Source of the DNA: Gammaproteobacteria bacterium
GTDB lineage: Bacteria > Pseudomonadota > Gammaproteobacteria > GCA-001735895
DNA length: 32,691 nt
Direction: 5' to 3'
NCBI GenBank assembly: GCA_003231795.1
Contig: QIJI01000471.1
Location: 1 to 32,691 of the forward strand
Shown in pieces: positions 1-8,858 of the stretch. A program made the position numbers and the translations under genes. Under the pieces are notes generated by a model, which did not search any database, had not been told where the DNA came from, and saw nothing but the letters and a program-made list of their open reading frames with translations. Every line of letters begins with the position of its first letter. The stretch's first letter is position 1.

Positions 1-933
1 GCGTTGTCACATGCCAGTGGATTGGCGAGCGAGGCTATCCTGGAAAAACTAGCCGAATCTGGTGTTACACCGGATTCGCTGGTTTTACTGGATGATGAGT
101 CAAAGGCCGGAAGTCGCCATGCTTTTTCCGGCACTTATGTTAAATCGGTTAACCAAAAGGATTTTGATTTTGCCGGATGCTCCATTTTATTGATGCCGGA
201 GTTTGATCGCGAACTGGAGCATAACGCCATATCACAGGGGTGTTTGCTGGTGAGCCATGATATCGGTCGTGACAGCCCCGCGATATTGTGTAGCGCGCGA
301 CAGCAATTGGAGATTTCCTACAGTGAAACCGCTCTACGCCTTACCGGTGCCGAGCTTTCCTGTTTGCTACCCGCACTGATTGAACTTGACCGTCTTTGCC
401 CGATTCGCCGGGTCAATGCAACATTAATGCGCAGTGCCGAGTTTTACGGTAAGCGCGGCGTTGATGAACTGGCGTCCCAAACCGTTAATCTGCTAAGTGG
501 GCGTGAGGCAGACAGCGTTATTTTCTCCGACCAAATAGCGTTCAATCTGCTTCCTGAGCCTGAAAATACGCTGATAACCAGTGATTTAGCTGGTTTTTTG
601 GGAAAAAGTTCATATTCCAGTCAGTTGCAAATTATCAACGCAGCTTTATTCCATGGCTTTGTGGGCTCGGTTCAGCTTGAATTTGAGTCAGATGTTGCGC
701 TTGAGGAATGCATTCGCCGCTTGTCAGCGCTCGATAATATGGTCGTTAAAAATACGCCCGCAAACCCAATTTCTGATTGCAATCAATCATTTAGTTGCAT
801 TATTAACCTTTTGGAACAGTCTCCTGACCAACCCTCCAGCCTTCGCTTCTGGATGATTGCAGACCCCATGCGATATGGCTTAGCAAATAATTACGTGAAT
901 GTTTCTGACTTTTTGCTAAAATCTTTTTTATAA
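1..933 (+). CDS. aspartate-semialdehyde dehydrogenase-like protein (Asd paralog / USG-1 family), 5' end cut by the window edge
   Basis: The frame of ORF 4..933 is open from base 1. It lies directly upstream of fimV-truA, where the asd paralog sits in Pseudomonas-type gene order. Similarity to USG-1/Asd was judged by eye only. Confidence 0.6.
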   Translation, partial: ALSHASGLASEAILEKLAESGVTPDSLVLLDDESKAGSRHAFSGTYVKSVNQKDFDFAGCSILLMPEFDRELEHNAISQGCLLVSHDIGRDSPAILCSARQQLEISYSETALRLTGAELSCLLPALIELDRLCPIRRVNATLMRSAEFYGKRGVDELASQTVNLLSGREADSVIFSDQIAFNLLPEPENTLITSDLAGFLGKSSYSSQLQIINAALFHGFVGSVQLEFESDVALEECIRRLSALDNMVVKNTPANPISDCNQSFSCIINLLEQSPDQPSSLRFWMIADPMRYGLANNYVNVSDFLLKSFL

Positions 934-1057
934 TCTATAGTTACATCTACTTGTGAAAGTGTTTTCTTTAAAGTAAATTCTCTAACTGTAATCATAGGTG
1001 CATGGATTTAAGGCACTTTTTATAAAAAATTTAGGTTAGGGAGCTGGGAGACTAAAC

Positions 1058-4000
1058 GTGCGTAAACTGGGACTAATTGTTGCTTTATGGTTGGCGGTAT
1101 TGCTGCCGACGAACAGTCATGCATTAGGTCTGGGCGAGATTGAGGTCAAATCATTCCTTAATCAGCCGCTACATGCAGAGATCGAAGTAATTTCGGCACG
1201 CGCTGGCGAAATAGATGATTTACTGGTAAGCCTGGCATCGCGTGATGCTTTTAACCGGGCAGGTCTGTCACGGCCACGCCATCTATCCGATCTCAGGTTT
1301 ACAGTTAAAAAGAGTGAAGATGGTGAGCAGGCGATTGTTATCGTCACAACCAAAGCTGGCGTTAAAGAACCTTTCCTGAACTTTCTTGTTGAAGCCGACT
1401 GGTCAAAGGGGCGGGTGCTTCGAGAATTTACCATATTGCTCGATCCTCCTTTCTATGCTGAGCAATCTGCTCCGGCAGAGCCGGCCGCTAGTCCGGCGGT
1501 AGAACCGGCTGTTTCTGATGATTCCAGTGTCAGCGAAATCGTAGAGCAAACCGGGGTAACGACAACCACGGCTGAAAGCGACGAGCAGATCACCGAACCC
1601 ATAGCTTTAACCGAAGATACGGTCGAGACGGAGCCATCCGTAGAGCCATCCTCTTCGGAATTTATCGCAAGCGAATCGGCAAACATTATCGAAGGTGATG
1701 TTTTAGTCGTTAAGGGCGATACGCTTTGGAGCATAGCATCACGTTATAAGGACGATGCTCACAGCATGGCGCAGGTAATGCTGGCATTTCAGCGCGTCAA
1801 CCCTGATGCATTTAACAGCGGTAATATCAACAACTTAAAGGAAGGTGCGATTCTTCGCGCCCCGAGCGCAGACGAAATCGATCTGTGGGATAACCAGGAG
1901 GCTTACGCCGAAGTACTGGTGCAAAATGGTTTGTGGGACGATTACGTTGAACGCGTAACGGGTGTTTCGCAGTCCATTGCTGCCGAGGGTAGCGAAGGCG
2001 AGGTTTCAACCGATCAGAGTAGTGGCGAATTAAGTCTTTTACTGCCAGGTGACGGTGATACTGAATCAACCGGTATTAGTGAAGATGCCGGTGTTGGCGA
2101 ATTGCGTACCCGACTCGCGCTGGCAGAGGAAGAGCTCGAAGCGTCCAAAATCGAAAACTCCGAACTCGAATCCCGAATCGCCGAACTTCAGGCACGTTTG
2201 TCTAAAGTTGAAGAATTGCAAAGAATGGTTGAGATCGAAGACGACAGTCTCGCCCAATTGCAGGCAGATCAAGCTGAGCAGGCCGAGGCCGTAGAAGAAA
2301 CTGCACCACCGGAAACGGTTACCGAAGCGATAGAAGCGGATGAAGAGGCGCTGCTAGAAGAACTACTGGCGGAAGAAGCCGCTGCTCAGGCTGAAGAACA
2401 GGCGGTTGTTGATGGAACCGCCGAGATGGTTTCAGATGATACGCTCGTAGATGATGACGTGATGACCGATAATATGGTCAGTGACGATACGATGTCGGAA
2501 GCAGATGCGGCTGATGCTGACGCGGCTGATGCTGACGCAACGCCACTCCCTGCACCGATCATAGTCACTGAATCTGTTGCCCGGGCGCCATCCATTTTCG
2601 ATGGCATATTGCCCCCGAATATAATTGCGATGATCCCGTCAATGCCTTCGATGGGAGGTTTGCTCGGTGATCCAATTATTCTGGCAGCTGTTGGCGGCGT
2701 TATTGTACTGCTACTGATTCTGGTCATAGTAAAACGCCGCAAAGCCGCTTCCGAGGATGATTCTGACAGCGCTGAAGATAGTATTTTCGCCGACGAAGGA
2801 GATGAGGAACTGACGCCGATTCACATGGCCGAAGGCCAATCCGATGAAACGGATATCAAGATTCCCTCCGATAAAGAGTTAAGCGTTGAACCTGCAAAAC
2901 CCGAAATCGTTGCCGAGGATGATGAAGAAGACGAGTTCTCAAGCACTGCCATCATTTCGCAGCAGGATATGCCTGAGCCGGAAGCTCCGGCACCAGCGGC
3001 AGCTAGTGCAGAACAAGACGATGTATTAAACGAAGTCGATGTTTACCTGGCCTATGGTTTATATGACAACGCCGAAGAGTTGCTGACCAGCAATCTTGAG
3101 ACGAACCCGGAACGCGCTGATTACCGCTCAAAGTTATTGGATACTTATTTTGCCACCAAGAACGTGAATGCATTTGTCCAGGAAGCAGATAAATTGAAGT
3201 CCATGGGTGATTCTGGCGGCGATTACTGGGATCGTGTACAGGTTATGGGCTACGAACTGGCCCCTGAGAATGCGCTGTTCTCTGATGCCAAGGATAGTGG
3301 CATGAGTGCCGCGGACCTCGAGATAACCAAGCCGCAGGAAGCGGATTTTGATCTCGGTGCATCAGATGAAGATGATACCAATTTCTCAACCACCGATTTT
3401 AATCTGGGCGAGGATGATACGGGCGGTGATTTTAGCGATACGGCATCCATTGGCGAGGCCGGAGATGTCTCGGCAACGCAACAGATTCAACGCCTGGATG
3501 ACGATGAATTACCTTCGCTGGACGATGATGAGACCAATATCCGGGAACCGGTAACTGATGAACCGGTTCTGGAATTGCCCGATGATATCGGCGAAGAGCT
3601 CGAATTTTCAATGGACGATGCGGCGGAAAAACCCGCCGGCGATGATGCTATGGAATTGCCAGGCGATCTTGATCTGGGTTCGGACGACGAAGAGGAAATT
3701 ACCGCAGAACCTCCGGTTGCGGGGGAATCAGATGAAATGGCGATGGATTTTGATATCGGAGACGACGCAGCGGAAGACGACTCCGAATTGGACCTGGGCG
3801 CTGAGTTCGAGGCTGCTCTGGAAGAGGCCGACGATCTTGATGTTGATGAAGCTGATCTTATCCCGTTTGAAAAAAGCCTGGATGATGAGCCCGATGATGC
3901 TGCTGTAGAAATTGACGTGGCGGCTGACGATGCCCTCATTTTTGAAGAAACCGCGATTGTCGACACCACCCCGGGTTATGAAGAACCGGCCGAAAATCCG

Positions 4001-4510
4001 AAAATAGGGTCAGCAAAATCTGGTGATTCAGAAATTGATCTGGGTATGGAAGATACTGCGTTAATGGACGACGACAAGGTTGATGATGATGACCTGCTCA
4101 TTAACATGGGTGACGGTACTGATGACGAAGAAGATATTTCAATAATTGATTTCGGTGGTGACGATTTCGACGAGCCCACTGCCGCGGTTGCATCTGTTTC
4201 AGACGATGATTCGGTTGCGATGGATATCGATATGGACGATGGCCGCGATACCCAAACCGGTACTTTTGCGCCCGGCGATTTTGACGAGCCGACGGCGGCG
4301 GTTGACTCGATTGCGGATATCGATGATATCGGCGACCTGATGTTACCGGATGATGTGGACGAAGTTTCTACCAAACTTGATCTTGCACGAGCCTTTATCG
4401 ATATGGGTGACACCGAAGGCGCTCGTGGAAGTCTGGAAGAAGTGGTGACGGAAGGTAACGATGAGCAAAAGGAGGAAGCGCAATCACTGCTCGATAGCAT
4501 CAAGAAATAA
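1058..4510 (+). CDS. fimV: FimV-family peptidoglycan-binding, highly acidic membrane protein
   Basis: GTG start with a gggag Shine-Dalgarno (SD) sequence upstream. Features are a signal peptide (MRKLGLIVALWLAVLLPTNSHA), a LysM-like segment (GDTLWSIASRY...LKEGAILRAP), a coiled-coil (ELESRIAELQARLSKVEELQ), one TM helix (ILAAVGGVIVLLLILVIV followed by KRRK), a very D/E-rich C-terminal half and the C-terminal FimV motif (KLDLARAFIDMGDTEGARGSLEEV). Position upstream of truA is conserved. Confidence 0.85.
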   Translation: MRKLGLIVALWLAVLLPTNSHALGLGEIEVKSFLNQPLHAEIEVISARAGEIDDLLVSLASRDAFNRAGLSRPRHLSDLRFTVKKSEDGEQAIVIVTTKAGVKEPFLNFLVEADWSKGRVLREFTILLDPPFYAEQSAPAEPAASPAVEPAVSDDSSVSEIVEQTGVTTTTAESDEQITEPIALTEDTVETEPSVEPSSSEFIASESANIIEGDVLVVKGDTLWSIASRYKDDAHSMAQVMLAFQRVNPDAFNSGNINNLKEGAILRAPSADEIDLWDNQEAYAEVLVQNGLWDDYVERVTGVSQSIAAEGSEGEVSTDQSSGELSLLLPGDGDTESTGISEDAGVGELRTRLALAEEELEASKIENSELESRIAELQARLSKVEELQRMVEIEDDSLAQLQADQAEQAEAVEETAPPETVTEAIEADEEALLEELLAEEAAAQAEEQAVVDGTAEMVSDDTLVDDDVMTDNMVSDDTMSEADAADADAADADATPLPAPIIVTESVARAPSIFDGILPPNIIAMIPSMPSMGGLLGDPIILAAVGGVIVLLLILVIVKRRKAASEDDSDSAEDSIFADEGDEELTPIHMAEGQSDETDIKIPSDKELSVEPAKPEIVAEDDEEDEFSSTAIISQQDMPEPEAPAPAAASAEQDDVLNEVDVYLAYGLYDNAEELLTSNLETNPERADYRSKLLDTYFATKNVNAFVQEADKLKSMGDSGGDYWDRVQVMGYELAPENALFSDAKDSGMSAADLEITKPQEADFDLGASDEDDTNFSTTDFNLGEDDTGGDFSDTASIGEAGDVSATQQIQRLDDDELPSLDDDETNIREPVTDEPVLELPDDIGEELEFSMDDAAEKPAGDDAMELPGDLDLGSDDEEEITAEPPVAGESDEMAMDFDIGDDAAEDDSELDLGAEFEAALEEADDLDVDEADLIPFEKSLDDEPDDAAVEIDVAADDALIFEETAIVDTTPGYEEPAENPKIGSAKSGDSEIDLGMEDTALMDDDKVDDDDLLINMGDGTDDEEDISIIDFGGDDFDEPTAAVASVSDDDSVAMDIDMDDGRDTQTGTFAPGDFDEPTAAVDSIADIDDIGDLMLPDDVDEVSTKLDLARAFIDMGDTEGARGSLEEVVTEGNDEQKEEAQSLLDSIKK
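2507..2536 (+). repeat. perfect 15-bp tandem duplication (gcggctgatgctgac x2) inside fimV, in frame (AADAD x2)
   Basis: Read directly: 2507-2521 is identical to 2522-2536. Confidence 0.9.
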
Positions 4511-4530
4511 ATCTAAGGTTGTAATTGAAA

Positions 4531-4562
4531 GGCCTGTTGTTTTGCAGCAGGCCTTTTTTATT
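4531..4562 (+). terminator. rho-independent terminator after fimV
   Basis: Stem ggcctgttg (4531-4539) pairs with cagcaggcc (4545-4553), 9 bp with one G.U, loop ttttg, followed by ttttttatt. It is flanked by aaa, giving A/T extension of the stem. Confidence 0.7.
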
Positions 4563-4891
4563 GGCGGCCTGAAATATAAAACCTGCAGTCATCAGGTTTT
4601 GGGTTATGTTATTACCTCGGCAATAATTTGGTGGCCGCTTGCTTTTTATAATTTCAACCCATATGTTTTAATTTCCACATTTTATTAACGATTGGCATCT
4701 AACCCGGAAAATTCATAAATCATGCGCCGTCTCGCTAGTCTGTTGATTCCACAAGAAATATTCACCATCAAGGGGCACCGAGTTCCTCAGTCGCTCGGAA
4801 TCGTTGATACGAGACTGTTTCGTGAATTTCTCCGTGAAAACAAAATCCTGCGCGATTCTGTCGCAGTTTTGTGAGATTTCCGGGCTAAGCA

Positions 4892-5671
4892 TTGAAATAC
4901 GCCATTGGTGTTGAATACTCAGGATCGGCTTACTGTGGTTGGCAACGACAGCGGCATTGCGATTCGATACAACAGCATCTCGAAACAGCAATAGGTTTTG
5001 TCGCAGACCATGCAATTGACCTGGTTTGTGCCGGTCGCACGGACGCAGGAGTACATGCAATCGAGCAGGTTGCTCATTTCGAATCTGATTCCGAGCGTGA
5101 TGAACGCGCGTGGGTCCTGGGCTCGAATTGTCGTCTACCGCGCGATATTCGAATCAAGTGGATAGCGCCTGTTGACGCGAATTTTCATGCCCGATTTGGC
5201 GCTCATGCACGCAGTTATCGTTATATTATTCAAAATTCCAGTGTACCCAGTGCCATATTTCAGGATCGGGCCTGCTGGGAGTTTCGCGCACTGGATCATC
5301 AGCTTATGCATGATTGTGCCCAGGTGCTGGTTGGCGAACATGATTTCAGCAGCTTTCGGGCAGCCGGATGTCAGGCTAAAACTGCCAGTCGAAAACTCCA
5401 TTCGATTGAATTTACGCGTCAGGGTGAACTGATATATATGGATATCACCGCGAACGCCTTCCTCTACCATATGGTAAGAAATATAGTCGGTAGCCTGATG
5501 GCGGTCGGTACCAGCGAACGGGACTGTGACTGGTTCGGTCAGGTGTTTCGTGCCCGTGATCGGAATCTGGCTGAAATCACTGCGGCTGCATCAGGTCTGT
5601 ATTTTTTGTGCGCCTGGTTCGATGATCAATATAAGCTCCCCCTGCAGGCAAAAAAGCCCGTATTATTCTGA
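4892..5671 (+). CDS. truA: tRNA pseudouridine(38-40) synthase TruA
   Basis: The N-terminus KYAIGVEYSGSAYCGWQRQ and the catalytic-Asp motif AGRTDAGVH are typical of TruA. Start is TTG, with an in-frame TAA at 4886-4888 just upstream. Confidence 0.9.
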   Translation: MKYAIGVEYSGSAYCGWQRQRHCDSIQQHLETAIGFVADHAIDLVCAGRTDAGVHAIEQVAHFESDSERDERAWVLGSNCRLPRDIRIKWIAPVDANFHARFGAHARSYRYIIQNSSVPSAIFQDRACWEFRALDHQLMHDCAQVLVGEHDFSSFRAAGCQAKTASRKLHSIEFTRQGELIYMDITANAFLYHMVRNIVGSLMAVGTSERDCDWFGQVFRARDRNLAEITAAASGLYFLCAWFDDQYKLPLQAKKPVLF

Positions 5672-5672
5672 T

Positions 5673-6317
5673 ATGACGCATAGAACCCGAGTCAAAATTT
5701 GTGGAATTACCCGCTTGCAGGACGCGCTATACGCGGCCGAACGCGGTGCCGATTCTATCGGCCTGAATTTCCATCGTTCGAGCCCGCGTTTTATCGACAT
5801 CGAACAGGCGCAAGCTATTCGCAAGCAGATCCCTCCATTTGTTAATGTCACTGCCTTACTATTGGACGAAGACGACGATTGGACCGCACAGGTGGTACAT
5901 CAGGTCAGACCCGATAGCTTACAGTTTCATGGCAGTGAATCGGTAGATAGCTGCGAAGCCTGGCAGTTGCCTTATTTTAAGGTTATTCCGATGGCCAGCG
6001 TTGACGATCCCGTTGACTATGCCAAATCTTACAGCTCTGCCCAGGGATTCCTGTTTGACAGCAACGCTGCTGGACGACAGGGCGGTTCCGGTGATACATT
6101 TGACTGGTCCAGAATTCCCTCCGGATTTAATTTCCCAATGGTCTTGGCTGGTGGAATTAATGCATCGAATGTTGCCGGGGCGATTGTTCAGTTGGAGCCC
6201 TGGGGAGTTGATGTCAGTAGTGGTGTCGAGGTTTCTAAAGGAGTCAAAAGCGCCGATTTGATCGATCATTTTATGCTTGAGGTCAATCGTGGCGATGAAA
6301 GTAAATCTGGTTGTTAA
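5673..6317 (+). CDS. trpF: phosphoribosylanthranilate isomerase TrpF
   Basis: MTHRTRVKICGITRLQDALYAAERGADSIGLNF is a typical TrpF N-terminus. The ATG at 5673 lies 1 nt after the truA stop (5669-5671). The longer ORF starting at 5526 overlaps truA and is rejected. Confidence 0.9.
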   Translation: MTHRTRVKICGITRLQDALYAAERGADSIGLNFHRSSPRFIDIEQAQAIRKQIPPFVNVTALLLDEDDDWTAQVVHQVRPDSLQFHGSESVDSCEAWQLPYFKVIPMASVDDPVDYAKSYSSAQGFLFDSNAAGRQGGSGDTFDWSRIPSGFNFPMVLAGGINASNVAGAIVQLEPWGVDVSSGVEVSKGVKSADLIDHFMLEVNRGDESKSGC

Positions 6318-6422
6318 GCGCTTATACCAATGCCTGTAACGTTTTGTTCGAGTTGATGAATAAGTTATGACTATTTTACCTGAAGTATTCGATTTGAATG
6401 AAATCGGAATCCGGAGCCTCTT

Positions 6423-7286
6423 ATGAACTGGTTTGAATCGCTGTTGCCGTCGAAAATCAGAACGTCAGGGGGTAACGACAAGAAGAACGTACCCGAGGGG
6501 CTGTGGGCGAAATGTGGTTCCTGTGATGCGATCATCTATCGAGCCGAGCTGGAGCGTAATCAGGAAGTCTGTACCAAGTGCGATCATCATATGCGGATTT
6601 CGGCACGCCGCCGGCTGGGATCGTTTTTTGATGAAGATAGCACCCATGAAATTGCCGCCAATATCGAGTCCGTCGATGTGCTCAAATTCAAGGACGACAA
6701 AAGATATCGAGATCGGTTGAGCCAGGCGCAAAAACGTACCGGTGAAAAAGATGCGCTGATCGTAATGCGCGGCAAGGTACTTGGTGTTGAAATGGTAGCG
6801 GTTGCATTTGAATTTCAGTTTATGGGAGGTTCGATGGGCTCTGTCGTCGGCGAAAAATTTGTTCGAGCGGTAAATACGGCTATTGAACACGGTATACCGA
6901 TGATCTGTTTTAGCGCAAGCGGTGGTGCCAGAATGCAGGAAGCTCTCTATTCGCTATTGCAAATGGCTAAAACCAGTGCTGCGTTAACCCGGCTGTCACG
7001 TCGTGGCCTGCCTTATATCTGTGTCTTAACTGATCCGACCATGGGCGGTGTCTCGGCCAGTTTGGCTATGCTGGGCGATGTTCAGATTGCAGAGCCCGGC
7101 GCGTTAATCGGATTTGCCGGACCCCGGGTTATCGAACAAACCGTTCGGGAAACTCTACCCGAAGGATTTCAGCGGAGTGAATTTCTGCTGGATCACGGTG
7201 CGCTGGACATGATTGTAGATCGTCGACAGTTACGTCAGAAAATCAGTTCCCTGTGCACTATGCTGATGGGGCAGGCCGCACCCTAG
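6423..7286 (+). CDS. accD: acetyl-CoA carboxylase carboxyltransferase beta subunit AccD
   Basis: N-terminal Cys4 zinc ribbon (CGSCDAIIY...CTKCDHHMR) and a carboxyltransferase core ([18 protein letters not shown]). A ggag SD sequence precedes the ATG. The stop TAG (7284-7286) is formed at the left end of the repeat element. Confidence 0.95.
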   Translation: MNWFESLLPSKIRTSGGNDKKNVPEGLWAKCGSCDAIIYRAELERNQEVCTKCDHHMRISARRRLGSFFDEDSTHEIAANIESVDVLKFKDDKRYRDRLSQAQKRTGEKDALIVMRGKVLGVEMVAVAFEFQFMGGSMGSVVGEKFVRAVNTAIEHGIPMICFSASGGARMQEALYSLLQMAKTSAALTRLSRRGLPYICVLTDPTMGGVSASLAMLGDVQIAEPGALIGFAGPRVIEQTVRETLPEGFQRSEFLLDHGALDMIVDRRQLRQKISSLCTMLMGQAAP

Positions 7287-7551
7287 TGGTCGAACAACTA
7301 AGGTTTGATGGATACAGAGTGCCCCAGGTGATCTGGAACAAGGCGCAGCCCGCAGGGAATGGCATGTCCTTTTCAAGGGTTGCAACGCAGTGCCAGATCA
7401 CCTGGGGCGCTCCCTTCGGGCGAGGCGGGAAGCGGTCATTCGCTTTGTTGCGCCTTTCGACAAGGGCTGGGCCATTGCCTTCAAGGCGCGTCGCGCGACT
7501 GACCGCTTCGCGTCTCGCTGTATCCATCAAACCTTAGTTGTTCGACCACTA
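7284..7551 (+). mobile_element. MITE-like, TIR-bounded structured element, copy 1 (268 nt). The strand given is the one on which the G.U pairs are allowed.
   Basis: Perfect 34-bp terminal inverted repeat: tagtggtcgaacaactaaggtttgatggatacag (7284-7317) against 7518-7551. Internal stems are 7318-7336/7393-7411 and 7421-7443/7495-7517. A second copy lies at 24744-25034 in the opposite orientation. Confidence 0.8.
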
Positions 7552-7619
7552 GAGCTCTTTCAACACTGAAAACACCCCCTTTTAGCACCCTGGAGCAATG
7601 GCTCGAATGGCAAACGTCG

Positions 7620-8858
7620 TTGCATGACAAGGCTATCGATCTGGGACTCGATCGCGTTCGCCATGTGGCGCAACAACTTGGTTTCCATCAGATCGCAACC
7701 CGGGTCATTACCGTCGCGGGTACCAACGGTAAAGGATCGACCGTGGCAGCATACGAAACCTGGTTACATCAGGCGGGCTACCGGGTCGCGAGTTATACCT
7801 CGCCACATCTTTTACAATATAACGAACGCATTAAACATGCGCTTGTGCCTGTCAGCGATGCCGAACTTTGCGATGCCTTTGAACAAGTTGAAATAGCGCG
7901 GGGAGACACCGCCTTAACCTATTTTGAATATGGCACACTGGCTGCGCTTTATCTAATGCAACAATGGCCGCTGGATTTCGCTATTCTGGAGGTTGGACTC
8001 GGTGGTCGTCTGGATGCGGTTAATATTATAGACGCCGATCTTGTCCATCTGACCCCGATTGGTATTGACCACCAGGCATGGCTGGGTACGGATCGTGAAT
8101 CTATAGGATACGAAAAAGCCGGAGTTCTGCGGTCTCGTGTGCAGGCTATTGTTAACGACCCGGATCCGCCGCAGTCGGTGTTATCCGAGATAAACCGTCT
8201 CGGGTGCCGATCGCTTCGATACGGTGAAGATTATCAGATTGAATCGCTGGATAATGGCCGCCTCAACTGGCGTTGTGGCAAGCTCGAAGTATCATTGCCT
8301 CGTGTATTACCAGGCAAGTATCAAGATCACAATATCGCAGGCGTGTTGGCAGGATTATCCTGCCTACTTCCGTTTTCTGGGCTGGACCAGAAAAAAATTG
8401 GTGCGAATTTTGAAGGAACCCATATTCCAGGGCGCTTTGAACATTTGTCGAGCCGACTCAAGTGCCAGTTAATTGCTGACGTTGGACATAATCAGGATGC
8501 GGCAGAGGCTATTGCTGAAAACCTTCAGGCCATTCGTGGCCCCGATGCAAAAATTGTTGTGTTACTGGGTATGCTCGAAGACAAGCAGGCGGATCGCTTT
8601 GTTGAAGCTTTAAAACCGGTCGTAGATTGCTGGTGGACCTTGACTCTGGTATGTGACCGGGGACTTAGCGCGCAACAGCTAAAATCAAAAATTGATTCGG
8701 TTGTCGAGGTGGAAGCTTTATTTGATAACCCCGCCGAAGTACTGGATCATGCACTGTCTTCTTTAGGTAATCTGGATATAATGCTGGTGACTGGTTCCTT
8801 CGTGACTGTAGAACGCTTGTTACATACGCTATCTGACTCAGACGAACTCAAACCCTAA
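7620..8858 (+). CDS. folC: bifunctional folylpolyglutamate synthase / dihydrofolate synthase FolC (start uncertain, may lie upstream)
   Basis: Contains the P-loop VAGTNGKGST, plus LTYFEYGTLAALYLM and ILEVGLGGRLDAVN. TTG at 7620 is the first canonical start, but FolC-like sequence (FSTLEQWLEWQTS) continues in frame upstream, where only CTG codons (7566, 7590) are available. Confidence 0.85.
   Translation: MHDKAIDLGLDRVRHVAQQLGFHQIATRVITVAGTNGKGSTVAAYETWLHQAGYRVASYTSPHLLQYNERIKHALVPVSDAELCDAFEQVEIARGDTALTYFEYGTLAALYLMQQWPLDFAILEVGLGGRLDAVNIIDADLVHLTPIGIDHQAWLGTDRESIGYEKAGVLRSRVQAIVNDPDPPQSVLSEINRLGCRSLRYGEDYQIESLDNGRLNWRCGKLEVSLPRVLPGKYQDHNIAGVLAGLSCLLPFSGLDQKKIGANFEGTHIPGRFEHLSSRLKCQLIADVGHNQDAAEAIAENLQAIRGPDAKIVVLLGMLEDKQADRFVEALKPVVDCWWTLTLVCDRGLSAQQLKSKIDSVVEVEALFDNPAEVLDHALSSLGNLDIMLVTGSFVTVERLLHTLSDSDELKP

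Noticed and set aside
4150-4320. Internal repeat DFDEPTAAV x2 and other acidic repeats in the FimV C-terminal half.
   Set aside because: This is expected low-complexity, repeat-rich architecture of FimV-family proteins, not a separate feature.
1162-4503. Many 60-175-aa ORFs on both strands inside fimV.
   Set aside because: They are by-products of the strongly biased GAN/GCN-rich acidic coding sequence. The translations are low-complexity (S/A/R-rich), and the 1150-aa frame has clear FimV architecture.
4713-5060. 115-aa minus-strand ORF spanning the truA start.
   Set aside because: It overlaps the well-supported truA N-terminus in antisense and has no recognisable features.
5526-5672. N-terminal extensions offered by the ORF track for trpF (5526), purF (10019), cvpA (9556) and the OppF-like ATPase (32395).
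   Set aside because: Each extension overlaps the upstream gene and adds non-homologous residues. Internal starts give canonical N-termini (MTHRTRVKICG, MCGIVGI, MTWIDF) or a GTGA stop/start overlap.
7253-7537. 94-aa (+) and 90-aa (-) ORFs lying inside repeat copy 1.
   Set aside because: Both strands are open only because the segment is a GC-rich palindrome. Differences between the two copies preserve stems rather than codons, and the 23-nt indel in copy 2 breaks the frame. There is no SD sequence or recognisable domain.
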